Positions 31,556-45,657 of a stretch of 64,000 nucleotides of DNA are shown here, in pieces. The notes under the pieces are model-generated. The model was not told the origin of the DNA. It saw only the letters and a list, made by a program, of their open reading frames with translations, and did no database searches. Source of the DNA: an uncultured Chloroflexia bacterium. Its GTDB lineage: Bacteria; Chloroflexota; Limnocylindria; Limnocylindrales; CSP1-4. Both the position numbers and the translations under genes were made by a program. Location: NCBI GenBank assembly GCA_963748625.1, contig CAVVJT010000002.1:160001-224000 (forward strand), read 5' to 3'. The first letter of the stretch is position 1; each line of letters begins with the position of its first letter.

Positions 31556-33002
31556 TCAGGCGTCCAGCAGGATCCGGCGCAGGACCCGGCCGGTGACCGA
31601 GCGCCGGTAGTCGGCAGTGGACCGGATGTCGTCGATCGGGGTGATCTCGAGCCTCCACGGCGGCCGCAGCCTCCGCGGCGAGGGCGGGCGACGGGACGCG
31701 GCCCTCGAGGACCGCCTCGATCGCGGGACCCGGATCGGTCGCTCGGCCACGGAACCCAGGGCGACGCGGACGTCGCGCCAGGGCCCGGACCCGACGCCCG
31801 GCCCGGCACCGGCATCCCTCGTCCTCGCGCCAGGCCACGGCGACCAGCACCTTCGCGATGGACAGCGCGCGCCGCGTGCCCACCTTGCGGAACCGCACCT
31901 GGCGGCCCGGCACCAGCGGGATCCGGATGGCGACCAGGAGCTCGCCCGGACCCGACGGCGGTCTGCCGGTAGCCGGTCCAGAACGCATCGGCCGGCACCG
32001 ATGCGCGTGCCGCCCGGTCCCGCGATCTCCAGCAGGGCGCCCGTCGCGAGGAGCACCGGGAGGAGGTCGCCCGCGGGCGACGCCGTCATGCAGTTGCCGC
32101 CGATCGTGGCCCGGTTGCGGATGGCCACGGCACCCATCGTCGGTGGCGACCTCCGTCAGGACCGGGAGGGCGCCCGAGACGATGGTCGAGTGCCTCAGCT
32201 CCTCCCACGCGGTGAGCGCGCCAAGCACCAGCTCGTCGTGCTGCACCGTGACGACCCGGAGGTCGTCGAGGTCCGAGAGGTCGAGCAGCGGTCGCTGGCG
32301 CCTCGGGTCCGCGGCCACCTGGACCATGAGGTCCGTGCCGCCGGCGATGGGCCGCAGCAAGGGGTCGGCGGCGAGGCGTGCCAGCGCGTCGGGCAGGGAG
32401 GTGGGCCGTACGAGCGACACCGCCGGCCCCAGCGACAGCGTCGCCGCAACCTCGAGGGCCGGGAGCCCACCGCCCGGAGCGGCCACGGCCGCCGCCGACG
32501 CGACCACCGTCGCACCCGGCACGCCGTCGTCGGCCACCGCCTCGATCGATTCGATGATCCGCGTGTAGCCCGTGCAGCGGCAGAGGTTGCCCGCGATCGC
32601 CTCGCGGATGTCCGGGTCGCCCGACGGCTGCCCCGAGGCGAGCAGCGCGTGGGCCGCCATCAGCATGCCCGGGGCGCACATGCCGCACTGCGTCCCGCCC
32701 AGCTCCAGGAACGAGGCCTGGACCGGCGCAAGCCGGCCGTCGGTTGCGAGGCCTTCGATGGTGATCACATCGCGCCCGGCCACCTGGCCCACCGGCACCA
32801 GGCAGCTGTTGACGAGCTCGCCGTCGAGCAGCACGGCGCACGCACCGCACTCGCCCTCGCCGCAGCCCTCCTTCGAGCCGGTCAGCCCGAGGTCGAGCCG
32901 GAGTACGTCAAGCAGGCGGCGTCCGCCGTCGACCGACGCGGCCACGGGGCGGCCATTGACCGTGAAGCGGATCTTGGTTGCAGCCGGGAGGGTCGCGGTC
33001 AT
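31556..33002 (-). CDS. Xanthine dehydrogenase family fused 2Fe-2S + FAD subunit (frameshifted)
   Basis: 'GSKEGCGEGECGAC', 'QCGMC', 'GNLCRC', then 'PIAGGTDL', 'IRNRATIGGN', 'PIDDIRSTADYR'. Confidence 0.85.
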
Positions 33003-35248
33003 GCGTCGGCCTCGGTCCCGGGCCCGTCGGCTTCGGCTCCGGCCTCCAGCATCGCGTCGAGCACCTTCTCCGGTGTCGCGGGGAGATCGTCGATCCAGGC
33101 CCCCGTCGCGTCGTGGATCGCCGCGATCACCGCTGGTGCCGGGATGTCCATCGGCAGCTCGCCCAGGCCCTTGGCGCCGTGCGGGACACCGGAGAACGGG
33201 CGCTCCACGATCACCGTCTCGATCCGCGGGGCGTCGAGCGCCGTGGGGATGAGGTAGGTGCTGAGCCGGTCGTTGCGGTAGGCCCCGTCGCGGGTCTGGA
33301 CCTCCTCGATGGTGGCGTAGCCGACCGCCTGGAGCGTGCCGCCCTCCACCTGGCCTTCCGCGAGGACCCGGTTCACGATCCGCCCCGCGTCCACGGCCTG
33401 CACCACGCGAGCGGACCCGGACCTCGCCGGTGTCGCGGTCCACGTCCACCGCGGCCACGGCGCACGCCCAGCTGTAGGCCGGGTAGGCATCGCCACGGTA
33501 GGTGGCATCGTCCCAGGTGATGTCCGGGAAGCCGTGGAACTGCTCCGTGGCCGTCAAACCGCCATGGGCGACCGCGTACTCGCGGTACGACGCCGCGAAG
33601 GGGCGCCCCGTGACCGCTTCCACGTCCGCGCGCAGGTGTGCGGCCGCGGTCGCGAGCAGTCCGCCGCCGATCATCGTCGTCCGCGAGGCGACTGTGGGTC
33701 CCGTGTTGGGCACGCGCGACGTGTCGACCTTGACCACCTCCACGGCATCGAAGGGCACGTCCAGCGCCTCGGCCACCACCTGCGCCAGCACCGTGCGCGC
33801 GCCCTGCCCCATCTCCGTCATGGCGGTCAGGGCCAGGATCTCGCCCTCTGCGGTCAGCTCCACGGTCGCGATGCTCGCGAGGTACGCCTCGCCGGAACCA
33901 GTGAAGCCGGCCCCGTGCCAGCCCAGGGCGATCCCGATGCCCGAGGCCGACCGCGCGTCGGGCCCGGCGGCAGCCGCCTCCGCGTCGTGGCGCGCGCGCG
34001 ACCCGCTCGAACTCCGCGGTGGACGCGGCGGCCTCCAGCACGTCGAGCGCGGCCACGCTCTCGCGCAGGACCTGGCCCGTGGCCGTGACGTCGCCCTCGC
34101 GGTACGCGTTGCGCCGGCGGATCTCCAGGGGCGACATGCCCAGCGCTTCGGCGATGCGGTCGAGATGGGTCTCCGCGGCGAACTCCGCCTGGGGAGCCCC
34201 GAAGCCGCGGAACGCGCCGTTGGGCGGGGTGTTCGTCATGGCCGCCCGTGCGCGCACCCGGACGTTCGGGCAGCGGTAGGGACCCGTGGCGTGGATGCCG
34301 CCGCGCGACACCACCACCGGCGAGACGGTGGTGTAGGCCCCCGCGTCGAGGACGAACTCGATGTCCTGGGCGACGAGCGTGCCATCGCGCATCACGCCGG
34401 TCCGGTGGCGGGTCACGGACGGGTGCCGCTTCGTGGTGGCGGCGAGGTCCTCGTGGCGGTCGTACACGATCCGCACCGGCCGGCCCGCCTTGCGGGCGAG
34501 CAGCGCGGCGTGGGTCGCGATCATCGACGGGTAGTCCTCCTTGCCGCCGAACGCGCCGCCGGTCTCCTCCTGGATCACCACCACCTTGTCGGCAGGCAGG
34601 TCCATGGACCTGACCAGCGCCGTGTGCACGTAGTACGGGCATTGGAGGGAGCCGTGGATCTCGATGCCGCCGTCCTCACGCGGGATGGCGATCATCGCCT
34701 GCGGCTCGATGTACAGCCTGCTCCTGGTAGCCGGTGGTGTAGGTGCCCTCGATCACGAGGTCGGCTGCCGCGAAGCCCGCCTCGAGGTCGCCCTTGGTGA
34801 TCTCGAACCGCTTGCAGGCCTCGGTGGACGCGAGCGGGTCCAGGACGGCAGGCAGCGGTTCCGTGCGCAGGCGGATCGCATCGCGTGCCGCCCGGGCCAG
34901 CCCCGGATCCGGTGCCGCGACCAGCGCCACGGGCTCCGTCACGTGCCGGATCTCGTCCGCCACCAGCGCCGGCTGGTCCAGCGCCAGCGACGCGACGACG
35001 TTCTCACCCGGGATGTCGGCCGCCGTCACGACCACCACCTGCGACCAGTCGAAGGCCGGGTCGAGGTCGATCCCGAGCAGCCGCGCATGCGCCTCGGTGG
35101 CGCGCACGGTCGCGCCGTACCACGCCCCCGGCACGACGAGGTCGTCCGTGTAGAGGGTGACGCCGGTCAGCTTGTCTGCGCCCTCGCGCCGGAGGGGGTC
35201 GGCCCGAACCACCCCCACCCGGCCCGCGGCGTCTGCCACGGTGCTCAT
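32999..35248 (-). CDS. Xanthine dehydrogenase family molybdopterin-binding subunit (PucD-like; frameshifted)
   Basis: 'QCPYY', 'GGAFGGKED', 'KRHP', 'GAFRGFG', 'EMGQG', 'TVASR', 'GQVEGG', 'AKGLGE' across four ORFs. Confidence 0.88.
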
Positions 35249-35341
35249 GGCGCGAGCATGGGGCACGGCGCGGGTCGTCCGCAAGGTCGAATGTCCCGGC
35301 TTGGACCGCCACCTGTCGCGCGGGCGCGGTCGCCGCCGCCT

Positions 35342-35361
35342 TACCATTCGCGTGGTAGGAT
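35342..35361 (+). promoter_or_regulatory. vapBC operator palindrome overlapping -10
   Basis: TACCA-N6-TGGTA overlapping TAGGAT, 7 nt before the ATG (leaderless). Confidence 0.55.
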
Positions 35362-35368
35362 CCGTGCC

Positions 35369-35611
35369 ATGAAGACGACCATTGACAAGGCAGGCCGCCT
35401 CGTCATCCCGCGCACGCTCCGCGACCGGATCGGCCTCGCAGGCGGTGGCGAGGTGGAGATCGAGCTTGACGGGGCCGCGATCCGGATCGAACCGGTTGGC
35501 GGCAGCGGGCTGCGCAAGGACGGCGACCTGCTCGTCATCCCCGCGTCGGGCACGCCACTGACCGCGGCTGCCGTGCGGGAACTGCTCGATGCCGACCGGC
35601 ATGGACGCTGA
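35369..35611 (+). CDS. vapB: AbrB/MazE-type antitoxin (VapB)
   Basis: 'MKTTIDKAGRLVIPRTLRDRIGL..EVEI'. Confidence 0.88.
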   Translation: MKTTIDKAGRLVIPRTLRDRIGLAGGGEVEIELDGAAIRIEPVGGSGLRKDGDLLVIPASGTPLTAAAVRELLDADRHGR

Positions 35612-36026
35612 CACGGACGAGGTCCTCTTGCTCGACACCAGCGCGGCAATCGCACTCATCGTCGAGGACCATGAGGCCCACACAGTCACGCTCGAGGCCG
35701 TCCGCGGTCACCGCCTGGGCCTCGCCGGGCATGCCTGGTTCGAGACGTACTCGGTCCTGACGCGCCTGCCCGGCGCCCTCCGCCGCTCCCCGGCTGACGT
35801 CGCCGCCCTCCTCGCCCATGACTTCCCGGCGTCCGTGTTCCTCGCCCGCGAGGACGCGGCGGAACTCGGCCCTGAGATGGCCCGGCTGGGTATCACGGGC
35901 GGCGCCGTGTACGACGCCCTTGTCGGCGCGACGGCCCGGCAGCACGGGCGACTGCTCGTGTCGGGCGATGCCCGGGCGCGCGGCGTCTACGAGGCGCTCG
36001 GCGTCCGCCTCCGGCTCACTGGCTGA
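35601..36026 (+). CDS. vapC: PIN-domain toxin (VapC)
   Basis: 'LLDTS', 'ETYSVLTRLP', 'VYDALV', 'SGD'; overlaps the antitoxin stop. Confidence 0.9.
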   Translation: MDADTDEVLLLDTSAAIALIVEDHEAHTVTLEAVRGHRLGLAGHAWFETYSVLTRLPGALRRSPADVAALLAHDFPASVFLAREDAAELGPEMARLGITGGAVYDALVGATARQHGRLLVSGDARARGVYEALGVRLRLTG

Positions 36027-36073
36027 GGAGGTCCGAGGGCCGGTCCTTCACGGTCCCGACGGCGGGTGGTGCG

Positions 36074-37617
36074 CTAGGCGCCGGTCTTGATCTCCCGCAG
36101 GCGGCTGGGGAAGCGGGCCAGCGTGGCGATCGACCGCGTCGAACTCGCGGGAGTCGATGCACTCGCCGATCTTGTGCACGTTCTGCTCGATGCCCACCCC
36201 GATGCCGATCATCGGCGGGTACGTGTGGGTGCCGTCGAACACCCAGTCCTTGCCGTCGCGGTTGGGCAGCGTGGGGTCATCGGGCGGGACCGGGAAGCCC
36301 ACGCCGTCCGTGGAGAAGATCCAGCGGCCCACGCGCGGGTCCTTGTGGAGTGAGCCGTTGCCGGTGGTGAGCTCCACGATCGGCGTGGCGCAGGCGGCGT
36401 ACGCGTCCACCGCGGCGCGGACCGCCGCGTGCTCTGCGGGCGTGACCCAGCCGGGGTAGATCTGCGCGTTGTCGGCCTTGGTCCCCTTCCAGGACGGGCG
36501 GTCGTAGTACGGCGCCCGGACCTCGACGCGGCAGCCGGCCTCGCGGGCGGCGGCCACGGACGGCATCCCCTCCACGGCCGCGAGCGCCGCCTGCGGATCC
36601 TCGCCCGCGGTCAGGCGCCGGTCGAAGCGGAACGTGAAGCGCTCGGGGACAGCGCAGTCCGACGGGGTGTCGAGCTTGGCCCACGACGCCGTGCGGGTGC
36701 CGCCGCCGAGGAACGGGTCGACGCCCATGTCCACGCCGTCGCGGTAGCGGGCCGCAGCCTCGACCAGGATCGGTGCGCCCAGCTCGAGCGGGTTCCGACC
36801 CTCCCAGGGCATGGAGCCGTGGCAGCTCTTGCCGGTGACCTCCACCTCGATCTGCATCCGGCCGCGCTGGCCGCGGTAGATGCCCGCCGCGCCGTCGTTG
36901 GCGCAGCCGGTGCCCTCGGTCAGGACGTAGGCGTCGGGGATGAGCTCGGGGCCGGCGTTGGGCCACTCGTGCCGGCGGACGTGCATCATGCTGCCGCCGT
37001 CGTTGTCCTCCTCGGCCACGGTGCGCGTAGCTGCGGACGATGACGCCGCGCAGGGACCCGAGCGACTTGGTCTCCGTCAGCACCTTGGACGCGACCACCT
37101 GGCTGACCACGCCCGAGAGCTGGTCGGCGGCGCCGCGGCCCCAGACGAGGTGGTGCCACTCGTCGTCGGGCGGCAGGAAGCCAAGCTCGGAGCGCAGGAA
37201 CTCGCGGTTGAGCTTGCTCTCGTCCACGAGGCCGTCGAACGGGTCGAGGCCGCCGGTGGCCTCGTGCCAGCGGTCGCGCAGCGGCCAGACGGTGTCCGTG
37301 TGGCCGTCGAAGTAGACGACCGTCTTCTCGGCGTCGGGGATGCCGTCCTCGCGGTCCATCAGCACCCAGGTGAGGTTGCCGAAGTCGTCGAACCAGGCGT
37401 CCTCGGGCCGCTCGACGGCACCGATCCGCACGAGCGTCTGGCGCAGGTACTCCACCCGCGGGCCCTCGTGGTTGGAGGTGCCGCACAGCGGATCGCCGCC
37501 CTCGTCGACCGGCTTGTCCACGTAGTCGGCGGGGACGCGGATCGTCTCCTTGAGGATCTCGATCGCGAGCGGACGGTACGCGCGGGAGAGCTCGGAGATC
37601 TTGGCTTCCAGGGTCAT
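36074..37617 (-). CDS. ygeY: YgeY-like M20 family amidohydrolase (frameshifted)
   Basis: 'DGHTDTV', 'GRGAADQ', 'AEEDNDG', 'YRGQRGRM..SCHGS', 'WIFSTDGV'; probable TAG at 36074-36076. Confidence 0.8.
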
Positions 37618-37690
37618 CGATGGGGCCTCGCTGGGTGGGTGGCTGGGTCGGCGTTCGGGTTGGTCGAGGGGATCGGGACGCTGGTTGGGA

Positions 37691-38834
37691 TCAGGATGCC
37701 GCAGCGCGGACGAGCGCCGCAGCGAGATCGTGCGACTTGGCCGCGGCGAGCAGGGCCATGATCGCGTAGACCTTCTTGTTCGCCTCGCGGGCGAGATCGA
37801 CGCGGAACCGCTCCATGACGGGCGCGCTGACCTCGGCGCCGATGTCGGCGGGCAGGCAGTGCATGTAGAGCCCAGCGCCGTCGCGGGTGATCTCCATCAG
37901 CTTCTCGTCGCAGATCCAGTCCGTGTGGGCCGCGTTGCGCTCGAGCGCGCGCCGCTCGATGTCGCGCATCGCGTCGGTGTCCTTCGCCCGGTTGGCGGCG
38001 ACCCGCTCGGTCATGAGGTCGAACGGGCCCCAGCTCTTGGGGTAGACGACGTCCGCGCCTGCGAAGGCGGCGTCCATGTCGTGCATGACCTCGAAGGAGC
38101 CGCCGGACGCCTCCGCGTTGGCCCGGGCCGCCGCGAGCGGCTCGTCCATGAGCTGGTAGCCGTCGGGGTGGGTGAGGCGGACGTTCGCCCCGAAGCGGGT
38201 CATGAGCGTGACGATGCCCTGCGCGACCGAGAGCGGCTTGGCATAGCTGGGCGAGTAGGCCCACGACATCGTGATCGTGCGGCCCGCGAGGCCGTCGGGG
38301 AACCTCTCCCGCAGCCAGAGCAGGTCCGCGAGCGCCTGGGTCGGGTGGTCGATGTCGCACTGGAGGTTGACCACCGGCACGACGCGCTCGTCGCCGGTGG
38401 CGGCGAGGTAGTCGTCGATGCCCTGCTTGGCATCGCGCATGAAGCGGTTGCCCTCGCCCAGGATCAGGTCGTGGCGGATGCCCAGGGCATGGGCGTTCAT
38501 GCCCAGCATCGCGCCCGGTCTCCACGGACGTCTCGCCGTGGCTGACCTGGGTGGACGAGCCGTCCACGATCACCGGCGCCCCGCCGAAGCGCGCCGCGGC
38601 GCCCGCCCAGGACGACTTGGTGCGCGTGGAGTTGTCGAAGAAGAGCGCCCAGAACAGTTGCTGCGCGAACAGCGGCGGGACCTTGCCCACGGCGTCCAGC
38701 TGCTGGAGCGTCTCGGCCAGCGTGCACAGCGTCTCGATCTCGGGCGTGCTCCAGTCCTGGGTGAGCAGCATGCTGCGCCCGTGGAGGGCGTCGAGCGCCG
38801 CGGCGTCGAGGCGGGCAAGGGCGGGGACCGGCAT
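37691..38834 (-). CDS. ygeW: YgeW-like knotted carbamoyltransferase (frameshift near 38515)
   Basis: 'DNSTRT', 'SHGET', 'NLQCDIDHPTQ', 'WAYSPSYAKPLSVAQG', 'YPKSW', 'MHCLPAD'. Confidence 0.9.
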
Positions 38835-38836
38835 CG

Positions 38837-41751
<2,915 letters not shown>

Positions 41752-41921
41752 GCACATCCTCCGCACAACGACGTCCGCACCGGGCGTGCGATGCCCGGGC
41801 GCTCAGTTGGTTCGGGCCACACGGCACGCGCAGACCCGGACCGATCGTTCCTACCATCCAAGCCCGGAGCGCTGTGGCATAGGGCCAGACGGTCCGACGC
41901 TGGCGTCTGCAAGGGGGTCCG

Positions 41922-44615
41922 ATGGACTTCACGTTGAACGGCCGCACGGTCGAGCTCGACATCGATCCCGGCGAGTCGCTGCTCCACGTCCTGCGGGAGC
42001 GGTGCGGCCTGCGCTCGATGAAGGACGGCTGCGCGCCCGAGGGCTCGTGCGGCGCGTGCACCGTGATCGTGGACGGCCATGCGGTCGTGTCCTGCGCGCA
42101 GCCCGCCGACGCGTGCGGACGGACGCGTGATCGAGACGATCGAGGGCCTGCCGGCCCCGCATCGCGGACCTCTGGGCCGATGCGTTCGTGGCCACCGGCG
42201 CCTCGCAGTGCGGCTACTGCTCGCCCGGCATCGTCATGAAGGCCGAGGCACTCCTGCGCCGCGAGCCCGCCCCGACGCGCGAGGCCATCGCCCGCGCGCT
42301 GGCGGGCAACCTGTGCCGCTGCACCGGCTATGTCCCGATCATCGACGCGATCGCGCTGGCCGCCGCCGTCCGCCGGGGTGACGCAGCTGGCGTGGAGCCC
42401 GTACCGGGGCCGCGCTACGAGGGCCGGGAGCTGGCCCTGGGCGAGAAGCCCTTCGTGGGCGATCTCGTAGCGCCGGGCATGCTCCACGGGGCGCTGCGCT
42501 TCGCCGGCGTCCCGCGCGCGCTCGTCCGTTCCATCGACACGGCGGCGGCGCGCGCAGTCCCGGGCGTGGTGGCGGTGGTGACCGCAGCCGATGTCCCCGG
42601 CCGTCGCGAGCAGGGCCTCATCCGGCCGGACTGGCCGCTGCTCGTCGCCGAGGGCGAGATCGTCCGGTACGTGGGCGACGTGCTGGCCGCGGTCGCCGCC
42701 GAGACGCGGGAGATCGCCGCCGCGGCCGCCGCGCTCATCGAGGTGGAGCTGGAGCCCCTTCCCGCCGTCACCGATCCCTTCGCGGCCCTCGCCGACGACG
42801 CGCCCGCAGATCCACGAGGGCGGCAACGTCCTGTCCCGCTCCGTCGTCCGGCGTGGCGATGCGGACGCGGCCCTGGCGGGCGCCGCCCACGTCGCGAGCG
42901 GGAGCTTCAAGACCGCCGCCATCGAGCACGCCTTCCTGGAGCCCGAGGCGGCCCTCGCGGTCCCGCAGGGCGCCATCGGCCCCGACGGCGGGACCGTCAC
43001 GGATCACCGGGTCCACGTCTACTCGCCCGGCCAGGGCGCCTGGGAGGACCGCCGCCAGGTCGCGTCGTTCCTGGGGCTGCCGGCGGCCGACGTCCTCGTG
43101 ACCCAGGTCTCCACCGGCGGCGCGTTCGGCGGCAAGGAGGACCTCAGCGTCCAGGGCCAGGCGGCGCTGCTCGCGGTGCGTCACCGGGCGCCCGGTGCTG
43201 CTCAAGCTCACCCGCCGCGAGAGCATGCGGTTCCACGTCAAGCGCCACCCGATCTGGCTGGACTACACCGCGGGCTGCGACGCGGAGGGCAACCTGGTCG
43301 CGGTCCAGGCGCGCATCATCGGCGACAACGGCGCCTACGCCAGCGTGGGCGGCAAGGTCCTGGAGCGCGCTGCGGGCCATGCCTGCGGCCCGTTCCGCGT
43401 CCCGAACGTGGACGTGGAGGCCACCGCGGTCTACACGAACAACCCGCCGTCGGGCGCCATGCGCGGCTTCGGGGCGAACCAGGCCGACTTCGCGCTCGAG
43501 GGTGTGCTCGACATGCTGGCCGAACAGGCGGGCATGGACGGCTGGGACTTCCGCTGGCGCAACGCGCTCGACGTGGGCGACCGGACCACGACGGGCCAGA
43601 AGCTGGGCGAGGGCGTGGGCGTCCGCGCGACGCTGCTCGCGGTCAAGGACGCGTACAAGGGCGCGCGCTACGCGGGCATCGCGTGCGCGATCAAGAACGT
43701 GGGCGTGGGCAACGGTCTCAAGGAGCGCGGCTGCGCCGTCCTCCATCCCGAGGCTGACGGCACCGTCACGCTGTTCCACTCCTGGACCGAGATGGGCCAG
43801 GGCTGCCACACCGTCTTCCGCGATCTCGCCGCTTCCGAGCTGGGGTTGGACCCGGGCCGGATCCGCGTCGTCGTGGACACCCACCGCGAGCTGGACACCG
43901 GCGAGACCACCTCGTCGCGGGCCACGATGCTGGGCGGGCGCGCAGTCCTCGCGCGCCTGCGCGGCGCTGCGGGCGGAGCTGGACGCGGGTGCCCGCCTGG
44001 AGGACCTTGCCGGGCAGGACTTCGCGGGCGAGCTGGTCGTGGACTGGACCACGAAGCTCGAGGCCGATGTCGCCGAGCCGGTGACGCACTTCGCCTACGG
44101 TTGGGCGACCCAGGTCGTGATCCTCGACGACGAGGGCCGCGTGGAGCGGATCGTCGCGGCGCATGACGTGGGCAAGGCGCTCAACCCGGTGCTGCTGCGC
44201 GGCCAGGTCGAGGGCGGCGTCCACATGGGCCTCGGCATGGCCCTGACCGAGGCGTTCGAGACGGTCGACGGCATCCCCGTCACCGACACGCTCAAGTCGC
44301 TGGGCATCATCCCGGCGGCCGCGATGCCCCCGGTGGAGACGATCCTCGTCGAGGTGCCGCAGCCCGAGGGTCCGTTCGGGGCCAAGGGGATGGGCGAGGC
44401 GGTCCTCGTCCCGACCGCTGCCGCCGTCGCGGGCGCGCTGTACGCGTTCGACGGCGTCCGCCGGACCAGCACGCCGATGCGGGACTCGCCCGCGGCCCGG
44501 GCGCTGCTGCCCAGGCTCGCCCGCGAGGCGTCGAAGGCGGCCAAGGCGACGGCGCCGGGATCGACGGCGCCGGGATCGACGGCGCCGGGATCGACGCGCA
44601 GGAGGGGAGTCCTGA
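41922..44615 (+). CDS. Selenium-dependent-type molybdenum hydroxylase (2Fe-2S + Mo single chain, XdhD/XdhAC-like; frameshifted)
   Basis: '[13 protein letters not shown]', 'QCGYC', 'NLCRC', 'EHAFLEPE', 'GGAFGGKED', 'GAMRGFG', 'KNVGVGNG', 'THFAYGWA', 'AKGMGE'; likely stop TGA 44613-44615. Confidence 0.85.
44547..44596 (+). repeat. 15-bp tandem repeat x3 (TAPGS) in the Xdh tail
   Basis: CGACGGCGCCGGGAT x3, then CGACG. Confidence 0.9.
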
Positions 44616-45637
44616 TGTCGGCCGTCACCCCGGGCCTCGTCTGCGCCCACCACCACCTGTACTCGGCGCTGGCCCGGGGGATGCCCGCCCCGCCCAAGGT
44701 TGCCACGAGCTTCCAGGAGATCCTCGAGCAGGTCTGGTGGCGCCTGGACACGGCCCTGGACCTGGAGATGATCCGCTGGTCGGCGATGCTCGGGGCGCTC
44801 GAGGCCCTCGAGAACGGGACCACCGCGATCATCGACCACCACGAGTCGCCGAACGCGATCGAGGGCAGCCTCGACGTGATCGCCGCGGCGTGCGCCGAGG
44901 TCGGCGTCCGCTCCGTGCTGGCCTACGGGATCACCGACCGTCACGGGCCCGACGGCGCCCGGCGCGGTCTCGCCGAGAACGAGCGCTTCATCCGGGCCGG
45001 CGGCCGGGGCCTGGTGGGGATCCACGCCGCCTTCACCTGCTCCGACGCGTCCCTGCGCGCCGCGGCCGACCTGGCGGCGGACCTGGGCGTCGGGGTCCAC
45101 GTGCACGTGTGCGAGGGCGTCGGCGACATCGACGCACCGGCGCGGCTCGCGGGCCTCACCCGCGACGACTGGCTGCTGGCGCACTGCGTCCACCTGCCGA
45201 CCGACCACGCGCTCCGCGGGACCATCCTCCACAACCCGATGTCGAACCTGAACAACGCCGTCGGCTACGCGAACCCGGCGCGCTTCGACAACCCCGTGGC
45301 GCTGGGCACCGACGGCATCGGCGGCAACGTCCTCGAGTCGTTCCGGCTGGCCTACGTCATGCAGCGTTCCGTGGACGTCACCTGCGGGCCGGGGACGGCC
45401 TGGTCCTGGCTGGAGACGGGCTGGGACCTCGTGCCCGAGGCGCGCGATGACGAGGTGACCTGGTCCTACGACCCCATGGATCCGTGGCACATCGCCTTCA
45501 CGCCGGGGATCCGGCCACTCCGCGTCGTCGTCGGCGAGGAGGTTGTCTTCGCCGATGGCCGGCCCACGCGGGTCGATGCCGACGAGATCCGTGCCAAGGC
45601 CCGTGAGCAGGCCGCTCGCCTGCACGCCCGGCTCTGA
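44615..45637 (+). CDS. ssnA: SsnA-like aminohydrolase
   Basis: RBS + ATG; '[16 protein letters not shown]', 'WWRLD', 'IIDHHESP', 'GIHAAFT', '[12 protein letters not shown]', 'LGTDG'. Confidence 0.88.
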   Translation: MSAVTPGLVCAHHHLYSALARGMPAPPKVATSFQEILEQVWWRLDTALDLEMIRWSAMLGALEALENGTTAIIDHHESPNAIEGSLDVIAAACAEVGVRSVLAYGITDRHGPDGARRGLAENERFIRAGGRGLVGIHAAFTCSDASLRAAADLAADLGVGVHVHVCEGVGDIDAPARLAGLTRDDWLLAHCVHLPTDHALRGTILHNPMSNLNNAVGYANPARFDNPVALGTDGIGGNVLESFRLAYVMQRSVDVTCGPGTAWSWLETGWDLVPEARDDEVTWSYDPMDPWHIAFTPGIRPLRVVVGEEVVFADGRPTRVDADEIRAKAREQAARLHARL

Positions 45638-45657
45638 CCACCACGAGGGACCACCCG

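Noticed and set aside
42188-45637. Apparent Xdh-SsnA fusion
   Set aside because: An RBS and a TGATG stop/start overlap at 44613-44617 indicate two genes; read-through is probably due to an indel in the repeat-containing tail
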